Part shown: one piece after another, positions 14,011 through 25,515 of the stretch | Layout: every line of letters starts with the position of its first letter | How positions within the stretch are numbered: the first letter of the stretch is position 1 | DNA from: the human T2T-CHM13v2.0 reference genome, Homo sapiens | Assembly: GCF_009914755.1 (NCBI RefSeq) | Contig: NC_060934.1 | Reading direction: 5' to 3' (one strand) | Length of the DNA stretch: 64,000 nucleotides | Position numbers and translations under genes: made by a program | Notes under the pieces: generated by a model | Seen by the model: only the letters and a program-made list of their open reading frames with translations | What the model was told of the DNA's origin: nothing | Database searches by the model: none

Positions 14011-14822
14011 GTAAGTGGAGAAGGCTGAAGTTAGCTGTGTCCCAGGTGGTCTGTAGGCCTGATTGGGTTAAACTTCATCTGAGGTCAGCCCCGGTTCCAC
14101 TCTTTCTCTCCCAAACCCTGGTCATTAAGGACTTGCTTCTACAGCCATTCATGGACACCAACTCAGGACAGTAGCTCAGCAGTCAGGTCATGATGCAAGG
14201 AATAAATACAGGGGAGCAAATACACAAATTAAGGGGCAGCAGGACAGGCCCCAGGTGAGTGAAGTCACAGGCTGATAAACCCCAGCATTGACCTGGGAAT
14301 ATAGAATGGACGATGCCCTGTGGGAGAACACCCTGCAGCTCAGCCTGTGCCTGAGCTTTGAGAGGAGATCCAGCGAGGGGGAGGCAGAGGGGTGGCCATC
14401 TGGGTGTCCTTGACCTCTGCTTATGGGGCCTAAGGCAGGTTCTGACAGGCAGAGCAGAGGGAGCAGTTCCCCCTTTCTCCCAACCTCAATGCAGGCCAGC
14501 CCCTGATTTCTAGGAACACACCACCTACTCTGCACTCAGGACAAGGGTGAGGTCCTTGACATTAATGGGGAGGCCACCCATTGGGTTCTCTCTTGCGCTG
14601 TGCACCTGGCATCCAACATTCTATTATTCTCAACCCCATTTCAGGATGGGAAGTTGAGGCCTAGGCTTACCCATAGTCACATTAACAAGTACGTGGTCAA
14701 GCAGGGCCTTGAGCTCCAACTTATCAGAATCCAGAATCTGTGCTTTTCCCCACTGCCCAGGCAGCCTCTTTGGCAGGAGTCCTGTGATGCTCAGTCTTTA
14801 CATCTGGCCTTTCTGGTTTCAG

Positions 14823-14849
14823 GGTCCCATTGGGCTGGACGGCAAACCG
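14823..14849 (+). CDS. COL13A1: Exon, 27 nt, GPIGLDGKP
   Basis: ggtttcag|GGTCCC...AAACCG|gtaagt. Confidence 0.97.
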
Positions 14850-15800
14850 GTAAGTGGACCCGCTCTCTCCCCTCACTGCAGGTCAGTGATCCTGGATCTC
14901 TTGGTCATTCTGCAAGATATTGAATCCTTGGAAAATGCTTTACTTAGAAAGAAAAGTCCTGGGGCTGAAGGTTGTCACTAGTGGGAAGTGGAGGGGGCCA
15001 TTTGAGTCACCCCTGACCCCAGTGGCCTTCCCCAGGGCACAGGTCCCCAGCTGCTGAGCTTGGCTTTCGAAGTCCAGGCGAGAGCCATCCCTAGAATGGG
15101 TGATTCTGGGTGGGGTGGGGGTGAGATCAGGAGGCAATGAGGAGAGTGGAGGGTACGGAGGTCAAATAGCTGGTCTGAAGAGCCTGGCCACTCATGCACA
15201 CGCTTGCCCCTGCTCCCCAGCACCTGTGTCTCCCATGGCCCTGTCCTCGAGGTCAGGGTCTCCCTCCCCGATTGAGACCCCACACGTGTGCTCAAGTCCA
15301 CGTGGAGACTGCTTCCCACCATAGCTCCTCTCTTCGTTCATTTCAATCCTTTGGACTTGGTTCCCTGACACAAATGTTCATGGGAGAAAGGAGTCCCCTC
15401 CCCAGTCCTAGGAGCAAGTCAGCTGGAAGGGAGCATGACCCATCCAAAGCCCTCAGGGTGGACGGAATGCAGCCCCACTCACAGCCATGCCTGGCCCCGC
15501 CACTCGCCTCTCTCAGTTGAGGGACCCTAGCACCACCCAGTTACTCCCCAACTGCAGGCCAGTGAGCTAAGTGCAGCCCAGGGGTGCCAGCAATCATTTC
15601 CACTCATGTCACGGGACCAGGCATCCCCCGAAGCTACCCTGGACATGTGAATGGCATGAGCGTTGGGGTCTAGGGAGACTACCCCCACCCCTGCTCTCTG
15701 AAGGGCAGGCAGCTGCTAGTGAGGCCCAGCGAGGGGCAGTGAGCAAATGACCTTGCCTTAGGGACTGGGTGAAGGAGTGCACAAGCCAGAAGGTGCAGAT

Positions 15801-15876
15801 GGAGCACAGGGGACAGGGAGGAGCACGGGGGGCAGGGAGGAGCACAGGGGGCAGGGAGGAGCATGAAGGACAGAGG
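15801..15876 (+). repeat. G-rich ~19-bp tandem repeat (ggagcacagggggcaggga, about 4 copies)
   Basis: Direct reading; ends about 57 nt upstream of exon 15933. Confidence 0.85.
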
Positions 15877-15932
15877 GTGGAACTTCTGGGCTGCGAACAG
15901 TGCACCTGGTACTCACCCTCTTCTCCTTCCAG

Positions 15933-15959
15933 GGCCACCCAGGACCAAAGGGCGACATG
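15933..15959 (+). CDS. COL13A1: Exon, 27 nt, GHPGPKGDM
   Basis: ctccttccag|GGCCAC...GACATG|gtaaga. Confidence 0.97.
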
Positions 15960-17559
15960 GTAAGAGCCCAGCTTTCCTGCCTTCCCGAGATGGGTGGGGG
16001 TTGGCCCAGCCTCACAGGCACAGCCAAGCACTGCAAAGTGGGTCCCACAGGGACAACAGGAATGGCTGTCCGTGCTGGTCACTCCCCAGCTGTGTAAACC
16101 ACATGCCCTGGATCCTCACATCAATATGCAGGGAGGAGAAATGGGCAGGGGCTTCTCCATCTGAAGCATGAGGATGGGAGATCCAGAGAGAGTGCACACC
16201 TGGCTGGTAGCACACAGAGGTCGGTGTCCAGCTTACTGCTCTCAAACCACACTCGCATGGGCCTTGGGAGACAAGGTTTCATCTGCACTCACAGGGGACA
16301 CTTTCTCTAGGAGACACCATTTCTACTGAGCCTGAGGTCCCTCAAGGCCTCATAACCCCTTCCGGGTGCTGGCTGTGCCCTGAGCCACCCCAGGACTCCA
16401 GGGGTTCCTGCCCCACTGGGGCTGGTGGTGCCCAGTGGATCATCTCAGCTGGGGGTGCCACATGCATCATCCCAAAGGCCCCTTCCCCTCTCCCTTCCTG
16501 GGAGTTTCTGTTTGGAGGTTGGGCCACTTGGCAAGTCAGGAGCAGGAGCAAGGTCTTCTCTTCCATGTCACAGCATCCCGCGGCCACCACCCAGATGGAT
16601 CTGCCCAGGGTACCTGGAGTGCCTCAGGCCCCAAAAAGGTGGAGAGACAACATTTGGCCCAGCTTTCTCCTGGCCCCTACCTTCTGCAGAGCTTTGGAAA
16701 TAAATTTTCTGTCTCCACAGACCATCCCTTCCAGAAGGGAATGAGGGGCTGCGCACTCTCACGGTGGGCCAGATCTCAGCAGGGACTGATGGGCCATTAA
16801 GAGCTAATGGGCCCCTGCTCCCACACTGTGGAGTGTATTTTGGTTTTCAATAAATCCCTGCTTTAAAAAAACAAACAAACAGACAGACAAACAAAACAGC
16901 CCTGGGCTGGGGTGCATTTCTGCCTCCTAAGATCCAGGTCGCACCTACTGTGAGGGACCACCTCCTGCTCCACAGGTTGGTGGGCCAGGAATTTGTGCAG
17001 GGTGGTGAAAGCAACGCAGCAGGCTCCCCCTGTCCCTGTTCAGTGGGGGCCTGGCTCATGCCTTGCTCCAAGCGCTGGTGTGAAGACAACCCTTGACCCA
17101 TGACTGGGGCACTGCCAGGGCATGGAGGGAGGCAGGTAATCATGTGGGTGGAAAGGGGGATGGTGGAGTGTTGGCTGCAAGGCCTGGGCTCCAGCCTAGC
17201 TCTTCCTAACTTGCCAGCTCCCTCTGGGCCCCAACCTGTCCTCTTGACTCAGATCCAACTAATATTTATTGAGGGTTTGCCACGTGGTTGGCACTGGGCT
17301 AAGCACTTTGCATGACTGTCTCAATCCTCAGCGTAACTCTGTGCTCCAGGTCTTGCTAGAATCCCCTTTGACAGGTGTGGAAACCAAGGCTCAGAGAGTC
17401 TAACTAACTTGCCTGAAGTCACACAGCTGAATGTCCAAAACAAGATCGAAACACAGTTCTCAAATTCCTTCCCTCCCTTTTTTTATTAAGGTTTTATTAC
17501 CTCCCTCCCTTTCTGTTTCCCTCACTCTTTGTCAGCCTTCCTGCCACCTTCCTTCTTTT

Positions 17560-17960
17560 AATGCATTTTTTATGGAGTATCTAAAATGTGCTGGGCACTT
17601 CTTCAGGTGCTAGGGATACAGACGGGAGCAAGAGAGAGACTGTTCTTGCCATCTGTAGCTCACAGTCTAGTAGGGAGACATCCTTTTAAATGATCACTCA
17701 CATAACTAACAAGTTGCTTTGCAATGAGTGCTATAAAAAGATAATCCTTAGTGCCCTGGAAATCTTGGTATAACAAAAACCTCACCCAGGCCAAAGGTCG
17801 GAGACGGCTTTTCTGAGAAAGAGACTTTTGAACTAGTGCCTGAAGAATGAGCATTCAACCGAGAGAAAATAGAAAGGGGGATGGGAATGTGCTTTCTGGA
17901 CATGGGAGAATAGCACGTGCAAAGGTCCTGAGGTAGGAAAATCCTTGACATGTCTGCAGA
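17560..17960 (-). mobile_element. L2 LINE 3' fragment
   Basis: tgtgctgggcacttcttcaggtgctagggataca...gctcacagtctagtagggagaca, typical of L2. Confidence 0.65.
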
Positions 17961-19587
17961 ACCGGAGGAAGGGCACTGGAGGCAGAAGGCCCTGGAGGCA
18001 GTGGCAGAAGAGCTGGCGCTGGAATCCAGGTTCCCCAGCAAGGTTTCCTCTCCATCACAGCTGCCTCCGCTGCAAATGCATTTCCCCCCGCCCCTACCCC
18101 ATTCCCAGGCATGCTGTGCACATGCATGGAGTAGTGGAGACCGAGGCAGGAAGAAACTGCCATGCCACATTGTTATAGAGGCATAAAGGGCTTGGGGTGC
18201 TCATCCCTTCAGCCTGAGCTTCTTTCCCTCTCTGGCAGCCTTATGCTACCGTAAGGCAGCCCATGGCCCCCCAGAAGTAATAATAATGGTCATCCTCTAG
18301 GCAGCACTCTGTCATCCTCATAACAGCTTATCATCCCCACTTCATGAGAGGGGAAATTGAGGCACAGAGTGGCTAAGTACATTGCCTGAGGCCACAAAGC
18401 TCCTAAATACAACAGCTGAGATTCAGACCCATGCAGTGGAGTCTTACCCCTCGATCACACCTCCTCTCAGCAGCCAGCACTTTGTCCTGGAGGAAAGGGA
18501 CCCTTCCATGGGGCCGCTTTTCCTGCCCTCATTCTGCCACACCGTCCCTCTGCCCCACACACTTGACCGCCTGTCCAGGGATCAGAGCTAACTCAACAGA
18601 AAAGGCAGGCCCACCCCCTCTCTCGTGAGCCCACATCAGTGGGATAGATCCCCTGTCTGCCTCATCAAATCCAGCAGGCCACAGAGCATCTGATTCCTGT
18701 TTGGCTTGGCATGGGTACCCGAGCTGTTAGTTGCCCACCGCTGTCCAGCATCATTACCTTGCCCTGCTCTTCATCTGTCTGTCTCCTGCCCCAGATGCTG
18801 TCCCCTCCACTGGCGTCCCACTGGGGCACTGGCACTCACCCTCATTGTTTAACCTGTGTCCTCACCTCTCAAAAGGGAGTCACCTCTGCCCCACCCCCCC
18901 ACTTCACATTATTCCCAAGAACCTGAAATAAGGTGTTGAAGTGTTGGGAGGACACAGTTGTATAATAGTGTAGTTGGGGGGTGGACAAGATTGGGGGTCT
19001 GAGACTCAGGAATGACATAAGGGCTGTAAAGCAAGGCCTGGACTGAGTCCAAATCTCACCCACCACCCACAGGGCTGTCGAGTGAGGAGCGCCAGGCACT
19101 CAGAACATGCTTGGCACCCGAGAAGCAGACAGGCGCCTTAGCTATGCCTCAGTGGCGGTTAGCACAGGCCTGCTGGCAAGTGCTAAGCACATCACCGGTG
19201 GCCATGGCCCTTAAAGGGGCAGGTGCTGCCTGGCTGAAGATAACTGGTACCATGTGTTGTTGGACCTCGACATAATTAAGAGAAACTTGAAATCCAAATT
19301 TTTATTTGCACTCTGCTTGCTCTCTTAAGTATTGGCAACTAGTTGAAATAAAACCATGTGGGACAAACAAAATCCCTATGAAGACCACGATTGTCCCCTG
19401 GGCCACCGTTTGGGATGTCTGGTTTCAATTGTCCAAGTCTCTGCAGTCCTGAAACTCCGCCTGCCCCTCCCCCATCACACTTATATCTCTGTCCTGACAG
19501 AGGATGACCTGGTCACCTGTGGTCTGGGCCCGGGTTCCCTGCCGGATGAATCATGTGCTGCAGAACTTCATTCTAAGCACTCTGCCA

Positions 19588-19885
19588 GGCCGAGCGCGGT
19601 GGCTCACACCTGTAATCCCAGAACTCTGGGAGGCCAGCACGGGCAGATTGCTTGAGTCTGGGAGTTTGAGAGCAGCCTGGGCAACATGGCAAAACCCTGT
19701 CTCTACAAAAAAATGCAAGAGTTAGCCAAGCACGGTAGTGTGTGCCTGTAGACCTAGCTATTTGTGAGGCAGAGGTGGGAGGACTGCCTGAACCCAGGAG
19801 GCAGAGGCTGCAGTGAGCGGAGATCACACCACTGTACTCCATTCTGGACAACAGAGCGAGACCCTGTCTCAATAAAACAATAAAA
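19588..19885 (+). mobile_element. Alu (AluJ-type)
   Basis: ggccgagcgcggtggctcac...gagaccctgtctc plus A-rich tail; diverged. Confidence 0.93.
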
Positions 19886-21070
19886 GACCAATAAACACTT
19901 GGCCAGCCACATGGGCTGGGAGTGCCACATGGATGGTCCCAAAGGCCACTTCTCCCTTCCAGTGATGCTCTTGGGAGTTTCCCAGTTTGGAGGTGGCCCT
20001 GTTGGCAAGCGGGGAGCAGGAACAAGGCTCTGGCACATCACAGCATGCTGCGGCCACCTCCCAGATGGACCCACCCTTGGGGATCTGCAGTGCTTCAGGC
20101 CCCAAAGAGACTGGTGGCTCAAAGGGACCTGCTTATGGCTCTAGCCAAGTCTAGAAGCCCTGACTCCCAAGGTCTGGCCCAGTTCTGAGCATTTGGCAGT
20201 GGAAACAGCTGGACCTTGGCCGTCAGACAAACCTGGGCTCCTGTCCCAGTGCCACCTTTCACTGAGCCATGGGGCCTTGTCTCTGTCACCTCACTCGGGA
20301 GCTGGAGTGGACACAAGCATCTCCCTCACAGACACATACCTGAAGAGCCAGCCTCAGGGTGGATCCTCAGCCCATAAGGCATTTGTTTTCTCCTCTTCCC
20401 TCCACCAGCCTTGGTGCAGCCTCCTAAGAGAGCCAGAGCATGCGGGGCCCTCCCCAGACAGCAAGGGTCCCTCCCAACCCCAGCTCCTTTCCTAGCCCTG
20501 CATGGACAAGACAACCTTGAAGGAAACTTCAAGACCCCTCATATTCCTTGGAGAAGTCCAGAACATGGCTTCAGTTGCCAACTTCCTGCTTTCTCTCTTT
20601 TGCTGAAGGTTTCTCTAAGGCCCCCATTGTCTGAGGCACCGGCCCAGCACCCCCAGGCCAGAAGTTCTTCTGGTTCAGTGGGCTTCACTGCAGCCTGGGA
20701 GGCAGGAGGTGGAATGTGCTAGTGTCTCCCAGAGGCTTGATGCATGTGAGGTAGGGGGTCCCATGGAGCAGAAAACTCCCTGACCTCTAGGTAGAGCCCC
20801 TCCATAGCTGGCCCATGAGATGCTGGTGGTTGGAGGAATGGATGAAAGATGCCATCTGTTCTTCATCACAGCCCTAGTCCTGCCCACTGGGGGGTGAAGC
20901 AGCTGAGACTCTGTGAATAAGACATCTTGAATGTGGTGGGCATGGGAAGACCTGGCCATGGCTGGTAGAGCCCAGCCTTCGGGATTCAGCCCCAATCCCC
21001 ACCCAGGCAGGTGTCCCTGATTGCCTGTCTTCTGTCTGCCCACTGACCTGTGTGTGTTTGCTTCCCACAG

Positions 21071-21097
21071 GGTCTGACGGGTCCCCCAGGACAGCCG
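21071..21097 (+). CDS. COL13A1: Exon, 27 nt, GLTGPPGQP
   Basis: cccacag|GGTCTG...CAGCCG|gttggt (weak donor; next intron only 96 nt). Confidence 0.95.
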
Positions 21098-21193
21098 GTT
21101 GGTACCTCATCCATCTATTTCCCAGCAGAGAAGCTTCCGGTGGCTGTGACCTTAGCTTTGGTTTCTAACTCTCTCATCTCCGTCTCTTTGTAG

Positions 21194-21220
21194 GGACCCC
21201 AGGGACAAAAAGGAGAAAAG
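21194..21220 (+). CDS. COL13A1: Exon, 27 nt, GPQGQKGEK
   Basis: ctttgtag|GGACCC...GAAAAG|gtaaga. Confidence 0.97.
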
Positions 21221-22068
21221 GTAAGAGCAGTGGAGGTTTCCTAGAGTCTCCATCTCAGGAAATGGCCTCCCAGTTGGTAGAAAGGGGTCAATTATGGTTA
21301 TTTTCAAACTTCAGTTTTAATTGACAGAACCAGGAAAGCCCCCGAGGTGCCGCATAATAGATTCGGTTGACACCGCTCCAGGGGACATCCTTTTCTTGGA
21401 GTGAGGGGTCCTCCTGGAGGCTGGTCCGGGTGACATCCTTTCCAGGGGTCCTCCTGGAGCCTGGCCCTCTTCAGCCTCTTTCTGGGCCCCTCCCAGCTGT
21501 CACTCCATGGTGTTCCCTGACACCTCCATGAGCCTCTGGGATTCTGAGAGGCATCAACCTGTAAACCACTGGCCTGGCCTCCTGCCCTCTCTGTCTTGTT
21601 GAATTTCTGATAGAGACACTGCTGTGCTTGCCCTTGGGCCGCTGGTACAGGGGCCTGGCGCTCCCAGCTCAGAGAAGGTGGCTTGGGACCCCCATGGTGC
21701 CGGCTGCTCCCATCCGGTGGCTCCTGTTCAGGGCTGTCTGGTGGGCCTGCCTAGAGGGTCAACCTTTCGCCAGGCATGGGGCATAACTCCCGACTCTGCC
21801 ATTATGGCAAGTGGTATAAGGCGAAGCCCCACCCCTAGGCTCCCTGGGGCCACTTCCAGGCAGGCCATGGAAGTTTCTTCCCTGCTGCTAGCCAGGGGCA
21901 AGGGAGGGACTTAGTTCTTCTGCCTCAGAGGGCTCAGACCAAAACTAGAGCAGGAGGGCTGGTGAGCGGTGACATGTGTGGCATGTCCTGAAGTGCTGGG
22001 GGTGCCCTGAGAAACAGGTACCCCCAACAAGTGCCTAACACCACCTTTCCCTTCCCTCTCCTTCCCAG

Positions 22069-22095
22069 GGTCAGTGTGGAGAGTACCCACACCGG
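22069..22095 (+). CDS. COL13A1: Exon, 27 nt, GQCGEYPHR (COL1/NC2 junction, contains Cys)
   Basis: cttcccag|GGTCAG...CACCGG|gtaagt. Confidence 0.97.
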
Positions 22096-23993
22096 GTAAG
22101 TGAACCCCTAAAATTTAGCAGGGCACTTTGATCCATCCCTGGGGCACAGCGCCCAGCTCAGCCTCATCTCCCTGGGGTCTCCAGTTACTAACAGATCATG
22201 GGGGAGCAGGAGCACCCACTGCCCTCTGCACTCAGCAGTCAGAGAGGGGAGCTTGGGATGGTGGTGCGTCTGGTGGGAACAGCTGATGTGTCTCTCCAGC
22301 CATGTGCTATATGGAGCCGCTCATCACCCGTGCGTGTCTGTACATCCGCCCCTTTGTACGTACGTCTGACTCGGTATGTTGGAGTCTCCTGCTGTGTGTC
22401 TGGAGCTCTGTGGCTGCTCTGCACATGGCCCCCTGTGGCAGCGTGACTTGTGTGAGTCTGTTTGACTCCCCACCCAACAAGCATGTGTGTGCGTGTGTGT
22501 GGCGGTAGGGGGGTGGTGTCTGGCAGCCTAGCCGTGGCCAAAACAGTGGGACTTTTCTATTAGTCACTGTATCAGATGATGGTGTTTCACATCCAAACCT
22601 CGATGATGGGAGATAATCGGGGACTGACTGCAGCAATTCAAGGATAAAATCTCTCCTTGGCCTCTTTAAAAACAGAGGAAACCCTTCTCCAAGCAGGGTG
22701 GGGATTTCAGGCTGAGATGGTTCCTCTGCCCACCCCCGCCTGCTCCTTCCTTTTCCTTGCTCCACCCCAAGACACAGAACCCAAAAGACTGCTGTTGTCC
22801 TGTTAGGAATCTTCAAACTTGTGTCCCAGCAGCAGGGTCGATCTTGGGACAGGGGAGAGCAAGATACGCACAGCTTCCTCCAGTAGGAGCCCCAGTGAGC
22901 TGGACCCAGAAAAAAATGCCCCTCATTTTGTGGATTGGCCTCGTTGCTCCCAGACCTGGACAGCAGGGATGGAAGATGAGCATCTTTAGGCATCTCTCCC
23001 CGCTGTCATGTGCCCCATGGTGCTCAGCTTCCCTGGCTGCCCACCCCTGCCAGGCAGGTCCGGGTGGTGCGATTTTGGGAGTGGAGACAGACATAAGCCA
23101 GGCTCAGTGCCAGCTTGACTCTAGAAGGCTGTCAGGAGGGCAATGCTAGCAGGGCCTAGCCTCTGCCCAGACCCTCAGGAAGCTGGAAGGCAGGCCTGAG
23201 GTCTGGGTTCCTGGGCCAGGGAACCACTGTGAGCCTGGTACGTGAGAGGCTGGGATGGGTTTAAGGCTACGGCGGTGCTGGGCCCGGGCTGAGGAAGGCA
23301 GGCCAGCAGCAGCACAGTCAGAGCCACAGCCTGTCAGCGGCATGTGCTCCAGGGATGCAGGGGCCCTGCTGTTCCGGCCAGCCTGATCCTGATACAATAA
23401 TAGAAGGTCAGCTGTGTTTATTTGAAACGATGGGCTCACGGGGTTATTATGTTACCCGAAAGAAAGACAACATCCCCCAGCACAAAAGACAACACAACTG
23501 CAGACGCTTTGGTAGTGTGTCTCCCGTTCTTAGTAAGCGCTTGGGGTGGGGTGGGGGCAGGGCTCTCTGCCCCTCAGCCCAACATAAGGAAAGGGAAGAG
23601 CACAGTGACAGAAGGCTGCAGAATACCCCTGGCCACAGGGTGCGGTGAAGCCTGACCTCATGACAGTGGCACTCTGGGGAACATGTCAAGCGTGGGGTGG
23701 GGGCATAGATTTGGGATTCCAGCTGAGGGGCAGACCAAGTTTATTTAGAAGAGGGTAGAAAATCAGGGGCCTTCTAGAGATCTGTTGGCTTTCCAAGGGG
23801 TTAGGTTGGGGTGGCAGGTCTCGGGGCCTGGAAGACACCAAGAAATCCAGGTGGCCCCTCCTCCATTCCAGCCTGTGGCTTCCCCAGGGAGGGAGAGGAG
23901 AGGGGTGGGGAGCAGGGGAGCTGGTGTCTGTGGGCTCTCCCCTCACGGTCCCTGTCGCCCTGTCTCTGCCACCTCCATCCCCTCCCAAACTAG

Positions 23994-24050
23994 GAGTGCC
24001 TAAGCAGCATGCCAGCAGCTCTGCGCTCCAGCCAGATAATTGCCCTGAAG
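23994..24050 (+). CDS. COL13A1: Exon, 57 nt, ECLSSMPAALRSSQIIALK (NC2, alternative)
   Basis: aaactag|GAGTGC...CTGAAG|gtttgt; weak splice sites; matches the recalled NC2 sequence. Confidence 0.92.
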
Positions 24051-25215
24051 GTTTGTAGGTTCTGGAAGGTCTCCGGGCCCCTCTCCACTGAGAGGCTTCC
24101 TGAACATACAGCCCAACATTGCACATCCCCAGGCCCCGGCAGTGGGAGCGGGTGGAGCTCTGTGTGCCACTGCTGTCCAAGAAGGCAGCAGCTGTGACCT
24201 GGAAAGGCCACACTTGGGCTCCCCATCCCCAGCTGGGCGCATTCGCAGCCCGAGCAGCTCCTGGTTCTTAACACTCATCCCAGGAGTCTCGTGTGATTTA
24301 AGCGCTTTCAAAAACAAGCAGCTGATGACAGTATATGCCATCTTTGTTTTCACATGGGCTCTGATAGCCTCCTAAAGCCACGGTTTGCTCAGCTTCAATG
24401 GGTAGAGGGACTGGAAGCTGCAACAATTTCCAGAAATGAAAATCACATTAGATAATATGACTGCAAGTTGCCTTCCGCAAAAACGTGGTTGAGCTTTCTG
24501 GAGATATCTTTGCCCAGCCTCTATCTTCCAGGCCCCGCAGCCCCAGGGTGAGCCCTCAGCAGCACTTAACATGTGCCCACGCTGGCCTCACCCTCAGCCA
24601 GCTCAAACCCCGGGGAACTGGGCTTGGCACTGCCCTTGACCACCCTCCCCAGATGCGCTGACACCAGCCTTTCTTGCTCAACCAAAAAAAGAACCCACCA
24701 GCCGCACACCAGCCCAACTTCAAGTACCAATTTCACGGGCCCGGTGGTTCCCTGGCCAGAGCCTCTGAGTTGGCTCCCTTCTGTCCCCCAAGCAGGGATG
24801 GGTGGGGCTGGCAGTGCAACGTTGGGCTGTGTGTCCAGCAGCCTCTGCAGCCCAGCATGGCCACGGAGGGCAAGCCTGGCCATGTGGGAGCCACTGTCCC
24901 ATTCCGGGGGCTGCTGGTCAACATCCCAAACTCTGACCTGGAGGCCGAGGCCGGGTGTGGACTGAGGGCCACAACTCCTCCTAAGGGACGGCTGTGCCAT
25001 CCAAGGGCAAGCTCCGCTCTGCATCCTCAAGCCGTGAGAGTGCCCTGTCCACTCCTTCCCTCCCACTCCTCATGTGCACGCTAATCTCTCTTCTCTCTTC
25101 CTCTGCTCCGGTCCCTCTTGGTTGCCCTGCCCTCCTGGTGACTTTTGGCATCGATCTGAATACCTGTGATCTTTGGCCTTTGCCCTCTGGCCCTCCAACT
25201 CATCTTTCTCCTCAG

Positions 25216-25281
25216 CTGCTGCCTCTCCTCAATTCAGTGCGACTGGCTCCACCCCCGGTCATAAAAAGGCGGACATTCCAG
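25216..25281 (+). CDS. COL13A1: Exon, 66 nt, [22 protein letters not shown] (NC2, alternative)
   Basis: ctcctcag|CTGCTG...TTCCAG|gtagac. Confidence 0.94.
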
Positions 25282-25515
25282 GTAGACACCTCCCGTTTGT
25301 CCAGACCATGTGTGGTTTCCCAAGGGGCCCGGCAAGCCTGCTGGGGCTGCAGACAAAGCCAGAACCTCTCTCTAATTCAGTGAAATTAAATCAGACAAAA
25401 ATAGGCCCACGTATACCATAGACATGGAAATACACAACACACAGGCCCCAGAAGACCCACAACTACCACCACACAATGATTACTCAAAACAGCCATCAAC
25501 AAGAGCTGTCAGTGT

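Noticed and set aside
22307-22993. 228-aa minus-strand ORF and other antisense ORFs
   Set aside because: No recognisable domain; expected by chance in GC-rich intron
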